Below, piece by piece: positions 9,819 to 19,170 of a DNA stretch of 20,000 nucleotides. Below the pieces are notes generated by a model that ran no database searches, had not been told where the DNA came from, and saw nothing but the letters and a program-made list of their open reading frames with translations. The translations under genes were made by a program, and so were the position numbers. Source of the DNA: an uncultured virus (IMG/VR IMGVR_UViG_2841800567_000007) (Duplodnaviria > Heunggongvirae > Uroviricota > Caudoviricetes); IMG/VR virus record IMGVR_UViG_2841800567_000007; one strand, written 5' to 3'. Every line of letters begins with the position of its first letter. Position 1 is the stretch's first letter.

Positions 9819-10155
9819 ATGATGAAAACAATCTTGTCACTTTTTATTTTTCTCCCGTTTGCAGTACTGGTAAAAAAAACTGACTGCCAGTCATGGCCGC
9901 ACAACATGGCTGAAGCATGGATGAAAAATGCCGGTATCGTCGATATAACTAAACTCGATTAAGCAAAAACAGAAATTAAACGCCTGGCATCTGAAAAAAA
10001 GTAAAGACTTTTACACCCAGATTTATCACTTTGTATTTCACGATAAAAACGGTGGGCGCTATGAAGTGATTACTCAACACGATGCTTCCGACAATGAATG
10101 CTCGATGAGTGAGGTTAACAGCTTTCTCATCTCTCGCAGTGATGTGAACCACTAA
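9819..10155 (+). pseudogene. Exported hypothetical protein with a signal peptide; internal stop and frameshift
   Basis: MMKTILSLFIFLPFAVL..DCQSWPHNMAEAWMKNAGIVDITKLD*AKTEIKRLASEK (frameshift near the A-run 9994-10000) KDFYTQIYHFVFHDKNGGRYEVITQHDASDNECSMSEVNSFLISRSDVNH*. Confidence 0.65.
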
Positions 10156-11075
10156 GACACCGTATCCGTCGGTAAAATAATTATGTCAGTGCAGCACGGA
10201 TAGCTTTCTCTGCCCATAGCTTTACCATCGTACTGGCTTTTACGGCAAAAAAGATAACGGACTTTTCTGTGCTACTGATGTGCGTTTTTATTGATTGGCA
10301 AATCCCACGCTGGTCAAAATCGCTTATCTGGATAAATTGATTTTATCATTTGACCGTATGGATTATCATTCTGCATGAGCCGCTTAGGGGTAAGGTTACC
10401 TTTAAGCGTCGATATTTTATTCGTATTGATAACATGACTCAAATAATGAGTTAACTCATGGCCTGTTTTTGTAACGGTGAAAAGAGGAAGGATAGTATGA
10501 ATTTTACCTGCGGTTGAGAACAGGCTATTATAGCGATAATTTAAACCCATATGGTATAGTTCGATCGAACTGGTTGTATTTTAATTTCACTTACGGGAAC
10601 GAATTTTTAATCCTGTTTGATTAATGTTGTGCGCAACGGTGAGAATTAAGGTGTTTTATATCAATAATACGGAGGGTATGTTAAAAGCCTTTGCGCTGTA
10701 GAATAAATAAAGCAACATCATAAATCAAATACTCAATCCTGTTTAATAAATGAACCGATGTGGTGGCAAAGAAAAGAGATCCAGCCAGAATAAGAATAAT
10801 AAAAAAGTACAGGATTTTCCGAAGCATGGCTTACCCTTTTCAATTATCATTTTATTTTAATATATTTCTCAACAGACAATGTCATCTCTGTTCCGGTCTG
10901 TCGTTACCTGTCGTTGCTCACATCGATCAGAGCTGCTCGGGTGTTGACAGAGTATACGCATATTTTGCCGCTTTGTGCTGTTGGTCATTATCATTGAATT
11001 TTGTCAGGACACGCCTCTATGCAACCAGCCAGTTTCAACGGCTTCACATTAAGTTCACCAAATGGAGGAGATGTC

Positions 11076-11562
11076 ATGAGTCAGATCGTTGCGCTGTTGA
11101 AATTTGAAGAGGACTATCGTGATATGCCATTTATCGATACGCAAGGGCATCCCACGGTGGGATGTGGGATCAAAATTGACCCGAAAGGTGCCTCGTTAGC
11201 CATCTATATCTTTAAAGTACCGGGCGTGGTGGGGGATCTTTGGATGCAAGCGCTGGTCATGAGTAAAATCTATGACATGAAGCAGAAGCTTCAACTGGCA
11301 GAGGTGCTGAATAAATGCAACCTGCCTCGTGCGGACATCCTTTACAGCATGGCTTATCATCATTGGAATTGAAGGGCTTATTGCATTCCGACAGATGCTG
11401 GACGCTATCAGCGGCGCAGATTTTTCAGTAGCTTCAGACAATATACTTAACAGTCTGTGGGCAAAGCAGACTCCTGAAAGAGCGAAACGCCATGCCGAGG
11501 TGATGCGCACCGGAAACCGGGATACTTATCGGGGGTTATTATCATTTTTTATCTCTGCGTAA
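11076..11562 (+). pseudogene. T4-type lysozyme/muramidase (GH24-like), frameshifted near 11360
   Basis: GGAGG RBS. Catalytic spacing E-x8-D-x5-T in FEEDYRDMPFIDTQGHPTVGCG. SMAY(frameshift)GIEGL..F..ML.AI and the SLWAKQTPERAKRH C-terminal motif. Confidence 0.88.
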
Positions 11563-11842
11563 TTGTTATCGTCATTTTGCGACTCATACTTAGCCGACGG
11601 TACAGCTCACTCGAATTTGTGCATCACGTAAATTGGGACCGGCTCCCGGTGCCTGGGTTCAGTTATTTCCTGATTCAGCAATGTGCGCCTGGCAGCAGTT
11701 TCCCTCCGATGTGAAAGCGATTATTCCGCAAAATTGCCTTGGAATGATCGGTGCATTTATGGTGGCTATGGCGGTTATCGCACAGTTTGTCCGGCAGCCA
11801 GCACTCGCCGGGCAGCGACATAAACTGGAGCAGGAAACCTGA
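11540..11842 (+). pseudogene. Holin-like small membrane protein, degraded
   Basis: A hydrophobic N-terminal fragment (IVIVILRLILSRRYSSLEFVHH), then a frame change to AWVQLFPDSAMCAWQQFPSDVKAIIPQNCLGMIGAFMVAMAVIAQFVRQPAL. It lies directly after the lysozyme. The 5' boundary is approximate. Confidence 0.6.
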
Positions 11843-13165
11843 TTCTGTTTATCCGTCATCAGAACGCAATCCGGCTCTGTACGCCGGATCGTATTCCGGT
11901 TGCTGCGTTGCGCTGACGCGGTGGCATACCCGCCCTGTGTGGTTTATTGCGTCATTTGTTGTTCATCTGGAGGTCATCATGATCGAAGTAAATTGCTTTG
12001 CTGACTTGAGAACCACCGCACCAACAAAGCGGGGGATATCGCCGCCCTCAAACGTTATTACGATAAAGATGCCAGTTTTCACGGCGGTGGTGATTTTGTG
12101 GACTTTCCGGCCACTGCCACTCTGAGCGATAACAGCGGCACGCTGGCGAAAGGAAACGGTTTTTATTGGAAAAGAATCATCAATGATACTGAGCAGGTCA
12201 ATATCTGTCATTTTGGTGCGAAGGGTGGCGGCATAACCGATGACAGCGATGCGTTTAAAAGGATGCTGGCCTGGCCACAAAGCTATGGCACCAGCGCGAA
12301 AGATATTGGTGTATAGTTTCCGGCAGGTAAATTTTTAATTTTACCGATTGACCTCAGCGCCAGTGAGTTTCTCTGTTTCGCATTGTATGGATATGACTCT
12401 TCCTGTGACATATTGTTGCGAACCACAATTGTTTCCGAAAAATCCGCTAATACGGTATTTAAAGTCAATGCAAGGCGTAGAGTGATTCGGGGGAACGCCT
12501 GGAATGGGCAGAGCTCGGCGGATACGACCACTAATACTGGAGCAATCACCGCCGCTATGTTGTCCAACGTGCAGCTTTTTTTGAAAATACGACCATTGAG
12601 GGTGAATTCGTTAATTTGCACTGTTTTCGTGCTCAGTATACGGGCGGGACCGTTATCAAGTTGCTTGACACACTGGACACGCATTTTGACCAGATTTATA
12701 CCCAAAACACTTACGGAAGAGTTTTTGATGTCATCTGCTCCAATTCCCCTGGCGGGGTCTGGGATCACACCACGGCGATTGAGTTGTCCAACGCAAATTT
12801 TCAGTATGGCTATGGTGATGCCACACTGATGATGCCCCGTCTGACGCAGGGTATTATCAGGAATGTATGGATTGAACATACACGCTTTCCAAGAGATTTA
12901 AGTAATGATCAGTGGATAGTCGACGCGTTCAGCGTGGAGGACTGCGACAATGCTTTTTCAATGAACAACAGCAGGGTACTGATACGTCAGCTTAATCTTC
13001 AGGACGGCGCAAAAGTCACGAATGATTCAACGGCTGATAGCTGGCTTTCCGGCTACGAGCGTGGCTGGCGGCGGGATGAAAATTTTGGCACGGTAATGAC
13101 AGGTTCGCTCAAAGTTGGCTGATACAGCGGACTCAGGTTGAGCAATACGTCGACGGTGGATAAAT

Positions 13166-14366
13166 TGTACTAGCTCAGACCTGATCTGACAGTTACCGGT
13201 TATTTATACAGGTGTCTGTCAGATTACATCTGGTTCAGATTTTTTTCTGCCCAGACTCGTTTACCATCAAGTAACGTGGCCATTGGCGTACGCCCGCAGC
13301 ACATTTTTCCCTGATGAGTTCGCTCATTATTGTAATGCCACAACCAGTTGTCCAGATCCGTTTGCAGGCTCTCCAGGTCTTCGTATAACTTCTTACGGAA
13401 CGTAACCTGATAAAAATCCTGCAAAATAGTTTTATGGAAGCGCTCGCAGATGCCGTTCGTCTGCGGAGACATCGCCTTCGTTTTTGTATGGTCGATATCG
13501 TTGATGGCCAGATACAGCTGGTAATCATGCTGCTCCACCTTACCACAGTACTCCGTTCCACTGTCGGTCAGGATCCTCAGCATCGGCAGTCCCTGAGCCT
13601 CGTAGAACGGCAGTACGCGATCATTGAGCAGGTCTGCGGCGGTGATCGGCGTTTTACTCGTATACAGCTTGCAGTGTGCCACTTTCGAGTACGTATCCAC
13701 GAACGTCTGCTGGTAGATACGACCCACACCTTTCAGATTGCCCACGTAGAAGGTGTCCTGCGACCCGAGATAACCCGGGTGAGCAGTTTCGATTTCTCCG
13801 CTGGCCTCGTCATCGTGGGCCTTCTTCTCCAGCGCTGCGATTTGAGCGTCGGTAAGCACGATGCCTTCTCTGGCGACCTTTTCCTCAAGTGCCTTCAGGC
13901 GTTTACGGAAGTTCTCCAGGTCGTGCCGTTGCCAGATGGAGCGCACGCCGCTACCGGAGATAAACACGCCTTTTTTACGCAGCTCATTACTTGTCCGGTG
14001 TTGCCCGTGGGCCGGGAACTCAACGGCATATTCAACAACAGCGCGTTCAGTGGCTTCGTCGGCGCGGTTCTTCAGGTTGGGGACGCGGCGGTTCTGGTTA
14101 ATCAGCGCATCGATGCCGCCTTCAGCAGCCAGTTCCTGATAACGGTAAAACGTGTCGCGTGACACGCCCGTGCTCTTGCAGGCTGTTGAGACGTTACCGG
14201 GTTATTCGGCGAGATTGAGCAGGCCGGCTTTGTGTTTGATGATGGGATTGTTAGTATGAATCATGAGAGTTACCTCGCGTTTTGTTTAAGGATTAGACAC
14301 CCATATCAAAACCGGTAACTCTCAACCTTTCAAGGTCCAGTGTCAGATCAAGTCGCGACTAATACA
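13166..14366 (-). mobile_element. IS481-family element, 1201 bp, with 7-bp target duplication GATAAAT
   Basis: TGT...ACA ends with imperfect inverted repeats (TGTACTAGCTCAGACCTGATCTGACA / TGTATTAGTCGCGACTTGATCTGACA). GATAAAT at 13159-13165 and 14367-14373. Removing the element restores GTG GAT AAA TGG TTC. Confidence 0.95.
13224..14264 (-). pseudogene. IS481-family DDE transposase (346 codons) with an ochre stop at codon 21
   Basis: ATG 14264 MIHTNNPIIKHKAGLLNLAE*PGNVSTACKSTGVSRDTFYRY...SQDTFYVG...LTDSGTEYCG...TNGICERFHKT. TAA at 14202-14204. Confidence 0.92.
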
Positions 14367-14935
14367 GATAAATGGTTCCGCATCGGAAAGTTCTGTTCTC
14401 CGAAAGCCAGTCAGCAATGGGCGCTGGAAATGATCAGTAAACTCTCTTCGGCTAATCCACTGCAAACGGTTTCATCCGGGGTGACCTATCTGAACTTGCA
14501 GCGTTGCACTATCGCGGTATATGCCAATATGTTTCATCGCGGTCTTACTGCGGTCGTGGATGTGAAATATAAACCCGTCTATACCGATATTGTTGAACTG
14601 TGGGTGAAGCTGAAAGCGAGGAGTGGGGACACGATGTTCAACCTCAGGTCGACCGGGCCGACCCGTTTTGAATCCGGTTCCTGTTTCTGTTCTTTATTCT
14701 CATCCGATCTCTCTGAGGTGAATGATGAAACCACCATTGGTACTTATACGCCCTCTGCCCGACTCAGCCTACCCAATGATGTCGCCTGATTCGGCGCAAA
14801 TGAAAATAGTATTGTTACGCTGGCAAAAAGCGAGGCGGTAGCGCCTTCAGCCATCACCCCCGCGGTGTATATCACACTCAACATCAATGGTGGCGATCGT
14901 AAGTTTCCCGACTACCTGTGGTTAAGACAGGTGAT

Positions 14936-15005
14936 AAAGCCGCCTGCCTGAACGAAAGTTAAACCTCAGCTGATTCAGGTCCAGTCCACGTGCAGGGCGG
15001 CTTTT
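14936..15005 (+). terminator. Probable terminator after the AmsF-like gene
   Basis: Outer stem AAAGCCGCCTGC / GCAGGGCGGCTTTT with an inner CCTGAA/TTCAGG pair; large loop. Confidence 0.5.
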
Positions 15006-15310
15006 CATAAAAAAGCCCTTAAATCCATCTTTTACTGAAGTCATTCTGATTGCAGTATGATTTAATTATGGGAAAAAGAGTGAATTATTAAGAAATTAAC
15101 TTTAGCCGGGGTTAATAAAAAGGGTATACAGTTTGGGGTATTGAATTAATCTGTACTGTGCCTCTGTTCGGCGGATTATGTTGTTTGACTGATGTCTTTT
15201 TCAGCAAACAGGGTCAAAAACATTGAAGTTAACGGCAGGGGAAGATCACAGTTGAGATGCTGCGTAGTTGGTCCTTAAAATAGGTATGAAATCTAAATCA
15301 GGAGAATTTT

Positions 15311-15514
15311 GTGTCACAAGCCGCGTGCTCAGAGCATCACACTGACCGACTGGAAGAAGCCAAAAACATCGCATTAGGATGGCGCATTATCGGCCAGATC
15401 ACACCTGATACGCTGGAAGATGCTATAACGCTGCTGCGGGACTGTTCCGCTCATGCAGCTGCCATTTATGAACTGTTGTCGGTTGAAATTAACGAAAACG
15501 CTAAATACAAATAG
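15311..15514 (+). CDS. Hypothetical protein, 67 aa
   Basis: CAGGAG RBS before GTG. Helical-looking sequence with no recognised domain. Confidence 0.55.
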   Translation: MSQAACSEHHTDRLEEAKNIALGWRIIGQITPDTLEDAITLLRDCSAHAAAIYELLSVEINENAKYK

Positions 15515-15689
15515 CCCTTGCCCTGCAAGCCTCCGCAGACAGCAAACGTCGTTTCATTGTTATGACGGGTAAAATGTCATTGTCCCAGTTTAGCAATCAG
15601 GGACAGAAGTTTGCCTGCCATGGCGCTAAAACCAGTGACCAGAACAGGATGTACCTGAAAAGAAAATTACCGCATTATCCATTCACTGG

Positions 15690-16995
15690 GAGCCAGTACA
15701 TAGATTTGTGTCATTGCCTGATTTTGATATGTTCAATCCAGCATCAAAAGCAGGTTAATTTATGAACGAAAAACAGTCGCAGGCCCTGACTAACGAACTG
15801 GCCAAAAATCTCAAAACTCCTGACGATCTCAGCCAGTTTGAGCGCCTGCTGAAAAAAATCAGTGTCGGGGCGGCGCTCAACGCCGAAATGACCCGTCACC
15901 CCGGCGACGATAAAAATCAGCCAGAACCGGCGACCAACGCCCGCAACGGCCACACCCAAAAGACGGTTATCACCGGCGATGGCCCGCCGGAGCTGCGTAC
16001 ACCGCGCGATCGTGATGGCCCCTTTGAACCGTAACGGGTGAAGAAAAACCAGACCCGGAGCACCGGGATGGATAACCCGATCTTATCGTTGTATGCCAAA
16101 GGGATGACCACCGGCGAGATAGCGGCCGCATTCAAAGAGCCGTATGACGCCGATGTCTCGCCAGCGCGGGTCTCAAAGGTACTGATGCCGTCATGGAGCA
16201 GATCACCGGATGGCAAAACCGGCCACTGGATGCCGTTTGTCCCATCGTTTACCCTGACTGTATCGTCCTGAAGGTCCGGCAGGACAGTCGCGTCATCAAT
16301 AAATCCGTGTTCCTTGCCCCGGGTATCAACATCGAAGGCCAGAAAGAACTGCCGGGTATGTGGCTGGCCGAAAACGAGGGCGCGAAGTTCTGGCTCCATG
16401 TGCTGACCGAATTAAAAAATCGCGGCCTGAACGATATCCTCATCACCTGTGTTGATGGTCTGAAGGGCTTCCCGGACGCTATCAACGCAGTGTATCCGCA
16501 GGCCCGCGTCCAGCTGTGCGTCGTGCATATGGTGCGCAACAGTCTGCGGTTCGTCTCCTGCAAGGACTACAAAGCCGTCACCCGTGACCTGAAAGCCATC
16601 TGTCAGGCCACCACGGAAGAAGCAGGCGCGGTAAGCGTTCGCCGACACCCGGGACAGCCGCTACCCGCAGATAAGCCGGAGCTGGCAGGCAAACCGGGCC
16701 AGCCTGTTGACGTTCTTCGCTTACCCGGCAGACATCCGCAAGACGCTCGACACGACCAGCGCCATCGAGCCGCTGAACAGCGTGATCCGGGATGCCATCA
16801 AGAAACGGAAGGTGTTCCCGACTGACGACGCAGTGAAAAAGGAGGTGTGGCTGGCAATCCAGGCCGCATCACAGAAATGGAGGATGCCACAGAGGGACTG
16901 GCGTATGGCGATGAGCCGTTTTATTATCGGGCTCGGTGACCGCCCGGACGGCCACTACTGAGAAAAGGCATTTACATAGAATCATGTAGAGGGTC
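15690..16995 (+). mobile_element. IS256-family element, second copy (1306 bp); target duplication TTCACTGG/TTCACTTG (7 of 8 match)
   Basis: Inverted repeats GAGCCAGTACATAGATTTGTGTCATTGCC and GGCATTTACATAGAATCATGTAGAGGGTC. Colinear with the 5388-8155 copy apart from 1-bp (~16181) and 8-bp (~16626) deletions. Confidence 0.93.
15762..16961 (+). pseudogene. IS256-family transposase with a stop at 16032-16034 and two deletions
   Basis: ORF fragments 15762-16034, 16038-16271, 16193-16825 and 16707-16961 tile the 402-aa transposase. Confidence 0.92.
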
Positions 16996-17023
16996 TTCAC
17001 TTGCCCATCGTCGTTTTCTGGAT

Positions 17024-17056
17024 AAAAAAATGCCCGCATTTGACAACAATACGGGC
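17024..17056 (-). terminator. Rho-independent terminator downstream of the DinI-like gene
   Basis: Minus strand reads GCCCGTATT-GTTGTCA-AATGCGGGC-ATTTTTTT. Confidence 0.7.
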
Positions 17057-17160
17057 CAACACCAAGGAATTTTATCGAACAAGCTTGGCATGTCGGGGCG
17101 CAGGAATGCAACGAGAAAAGCAAAACGCCCGAATTGCAAGTGTACATTTTTTAATACACA

Positions 17161-17405
17161 TCAGAGTTCTGGTGCCACCAGCCATTGATCGGCTTCTTCA
17201 AACATTTTTTCAATCAGCCGCAGTATGACAGACTTGTCATTTTACTCGCGTCAGTTCTTACACTGTTTGCCTGCATTGGTTTCACTTTCAGCTGTGCATC
17301 AGGAAAAACGCGTTGAATTCGTTTTTCCAGCTCATCGTGGAGCTGCTTTTCAGCATTGGGTAAGCCAGCAACATTACGTTTGTCATAAATCAGTTCAACG
17401 AACAT
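17161..17405 (-). pseudogene. DinI-like family protein, frameshifted by a 1-bp deletion
   Basis: MFVELIYDKRNVAGLPNAEKQLHDELEKRIQRVFPDAQLKVKPMQANSVRTDASK. Restoring one A at ~17240-17243 gives NDKSVILRLIEKMFEEADQWLVAPEL*. Confidence 0.85.
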
Positions 17406-17426
17406 ATCGGGGGCCTTTTGATGGAA

Positions 17427-17438
17427 CTGTATAAAAAT
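17427..17438. promoter_or_regulatory. Half LexA (SOS) box truncated by the ISL3 end
   Basis: CTGT-ATAAAAAT is followed by the IS end GGGTTTTC where ACAG is expected. It lies 22 bp upstream of the DinI-like start. Confidence 0.6.
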
Positions 17439-17829
17439 GGGTTTTCTCCGGGTATGCTGGGAGACTCATAACGCCATGTTTAACCTGCCGTAATGGAACC
17501 TGCCCGCCACCTTGAAGTGCTTTTTGTTCCGGTATCCTCCCGGCTTGATCCTCAGCAGCTTTATCTTACTGTTCAGTGATTCTGTGTTGCCGTTTGATAC
17601 CCGATGTTTCATCACATTCAGGATCCCATAAAGCCGTTTGTGTAACGTCCGGGCGGCGCTGTTCAGCAGAGGAACTCCCACATCTTTTGCCATCGCCATC
17701 CATTCCTGCCACAGCTGTCTGCTGTCTTTGTCGTACCACCGGTTCCGGAGTTCCCGCGCCAGCTCTTTCGGTACCAGGCAGTACCATCTGTGCAGACTCC
17801 AGCTGGCGCTTATGGCGGACGTACACCAT
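17439..17829 (-). mobile_element. ISL3-family 3' fragment (transposase C-terminus 17466-17829), truncated by IS3
   Basis: KELARELRN...LYGILNVMKHRVSNGNTESLNSKIKLLRIKPGGYRNKKHFKV...FHYGRLNMAL is ISL3-type (SNG.ES.NSKI..R...GYRN). GG-initiated end next to an AT-rich target. Confidence 0.85.
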
Positions 17830-19081
17830 TGTAGTGGCACACTAAACCTGGCCACCTGAACAGAGGTGATATCATCGCCTCATAGTTAAAAACAGGTGAC
17901 ATTATGACCGGACGTAACAGACGCAATTTTAGCCCCGGATTTCGCCGCGAAGCTGCCCGGCTTGTTCTTGATCAGAACGACACCGCCGCTGCTGCTGCCA
18001 CGGCAATGAATGTCGGTAAATCCACGATGGATAAGTGGGTTCGGCAGTTGAAAGAAGAGCGAGCGGGAAAATCCCCTACAGCTTCACCCATGACACCTGA
18101 GCAAATTGAAATACGCGAACTTAAGAAAAGACTTCAACGCATTGAAATGGAAAGAGATATATTAAAAAAGGCTACCGCGCTCCTGATGTCAGACTCCCTG
18201 AACAGTTTAGTTGAGAAACTCAGAGTGCGGTTTCCTGTTGCCGTTGTGTGCAATGTGTTTGGGGTTCATCGCAGCAGTTATAAATACTGGCGGCAGCCAG
18301 AGAAACCTGACTCTGCACGGGTGACGCGACTCAGCCTTATAGGTGAAAGCTGTCGCGGGAGTAATGGTTTCGCAGGCGCACGAAATATTGCCGCGATGGT
18401 TACCACCAAAGGCGTAAAACTGAGCCGCTGGCGGGCAACAACACTGATGAAAGAACGCCATCTCATCAGTTGCCAGCAACCAGGTCACCAATATAAGAAG
18501 GCATCCAGGGAACACGTTGAGCTCCCCAATTATCTGGAGCGGCAGTTTGCTGTAACAGAGCCTAATCAGGTGTGGTGGGGCGACGTAACGTTTATCCGGG
18601 CAGGGAAACGCCGGGCTTATTTAGCCGTTGTGCCTGATTTGTTTTCCCGTAAACCGGTTGGCTGGGCGATGTCATTTTTCCCGGACTCTGCGCTGGCAGC
18701 AAAAGCGCTGTCCATGGCCCGGGAAGCGCGAGGAACCCCCACTAATTTGCTGTATCACTCAGATCAGGATAGCCACTATACCAGCAAGAAATTCAGTCCG
18801 TTACTGTGGCGATACCCAATAAAACAAAGCCTGATTCGCCGGGGGAATTGTTGTGATAACAGTCCAGTGGAGTGATTCTTCAGGAGCCTGAAAACGGAGT
18901 GGATACTGAATAATGGATACGCTAATTTTAGCGAAGCCAGCACAGCGATAACGAATTACATAACAGGATATTACAGCCAGCTCAGACCTCATCAATACAA
19001 TGGTGGCTTGACGCCGAATGAATCAGAGCGACTGTTCTGGGAAAACTCTGAAGCCGTGGACAGTTTTGCCTGACGACTACA
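17830..19081 (+). mobile_element. IS3-family element (IS911-like), 1252 bp, no target duplication
   Basis: TG...CA ends: TGTAGTGGCACACTAAACCTGGCCAC / GTGGACAGTTTTGCCTGACGACTACA. A6G frameshift motif at 18164-18170. Confidence 0.93.
17904..19073 (+). pseudogene. IS3-family transposase; orfA and orfB fused in frame, premature TGA at 18873-18875
   Basis: OrfA HTH ...[16 protein letters not shown] runs directly into OrfB LVEKLR...[12 protein letters not shown]...YHSDQDSHY...CDNSPVE*FFRSLKTEW...YNGGLTPNESE. Confidence 0.9.
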
Positions 19082-19135
19082 ATCGATGGGTGTCTGGCAA
19101 TGCTGGATGTTGAGATGGAGATGGAGATGGAATAG
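19082..19135 (+). pseudogene. 3' remnant of a lambdoid antiterminator Q-family gene
   Basis: IDGCLAMLDVEMEMEME* directly after the IS3 end resembles the ...GF(I/V)DGCLxMLDVxLEMD C-terminus of the Q family. Only 17 residues remain. Contains (GAGATG)x3. Confidence 0.5.
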
Positions 19136-19141
19136 ATTTTT

Positions 19142-19170
19142 AAAGATGGCCTTGGTATGGGCCATCTTTT
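19142..19170. terminator. Bidirectional terminator
   Basis: AAAGATGGCC-TTGGTATG-GGCCATCTTT lies between convergent stops at 19135 and 19170. Confidence 0.75.

Larger units (their letters stand above)
11979..14915 (+). pseudogene. AmsF/WceF-like tailspike-fold glycan-modifying protein (~575 codons reconstructed), with multiple lesions and an IS481 insertion
   Basis: GGAGG RBS. MIEVNCFADLRTTAP..LKRYYDKD.SFHGGGDFV, HFGAKGGGITDDSDAF, FPAGKF, WDHTTAIELSNANFQYG, IIRNVWIEH, VDK|WFRIGKF, INGGDRKFP. Frameshifts at ~12030 and ~12580; stops at 12314, 13120 and 14787. The 3' end is approximate. Confidence 0.8.

Noticed and set aside
10944..10975. Perfect TTGACA as a sigma70 promoter for the lysozyme
   Set aside because: There is no -10 hexamer at 16-18 bp spacing.
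13434..14162. 242-aa plus-strand ORF and other antisense ORFs inside IS elements, queH, dcm and vsr
   Set aside because: They are shadow ORFs opposite well-supported genes and have no motifs.
13224..14165. 313-aa ORF as an intact IS481 transposase
   Set aside because: The true start is ATG 14264 with a GAGG RBS and a stop at codon 21. The GTG start loses part of the N-terminal HTH.
1252..14366. Composite transposon bounded by IS481 copies
   Set aside because: The first copy lacks its outer end, and the second has its own target duplication inside the AmsF-like gene.
15562..15765. ORF interrupted by the second IS256
   Set aside because: Joining the flanks gives no convincing reading frame on either strand, and the listed ORF runs into the IS end.
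19112..19131. (GAGATG)x3 as a contingency repeat
   Set aside because: It is short, in frame and inside a dead 17-codon remnant.
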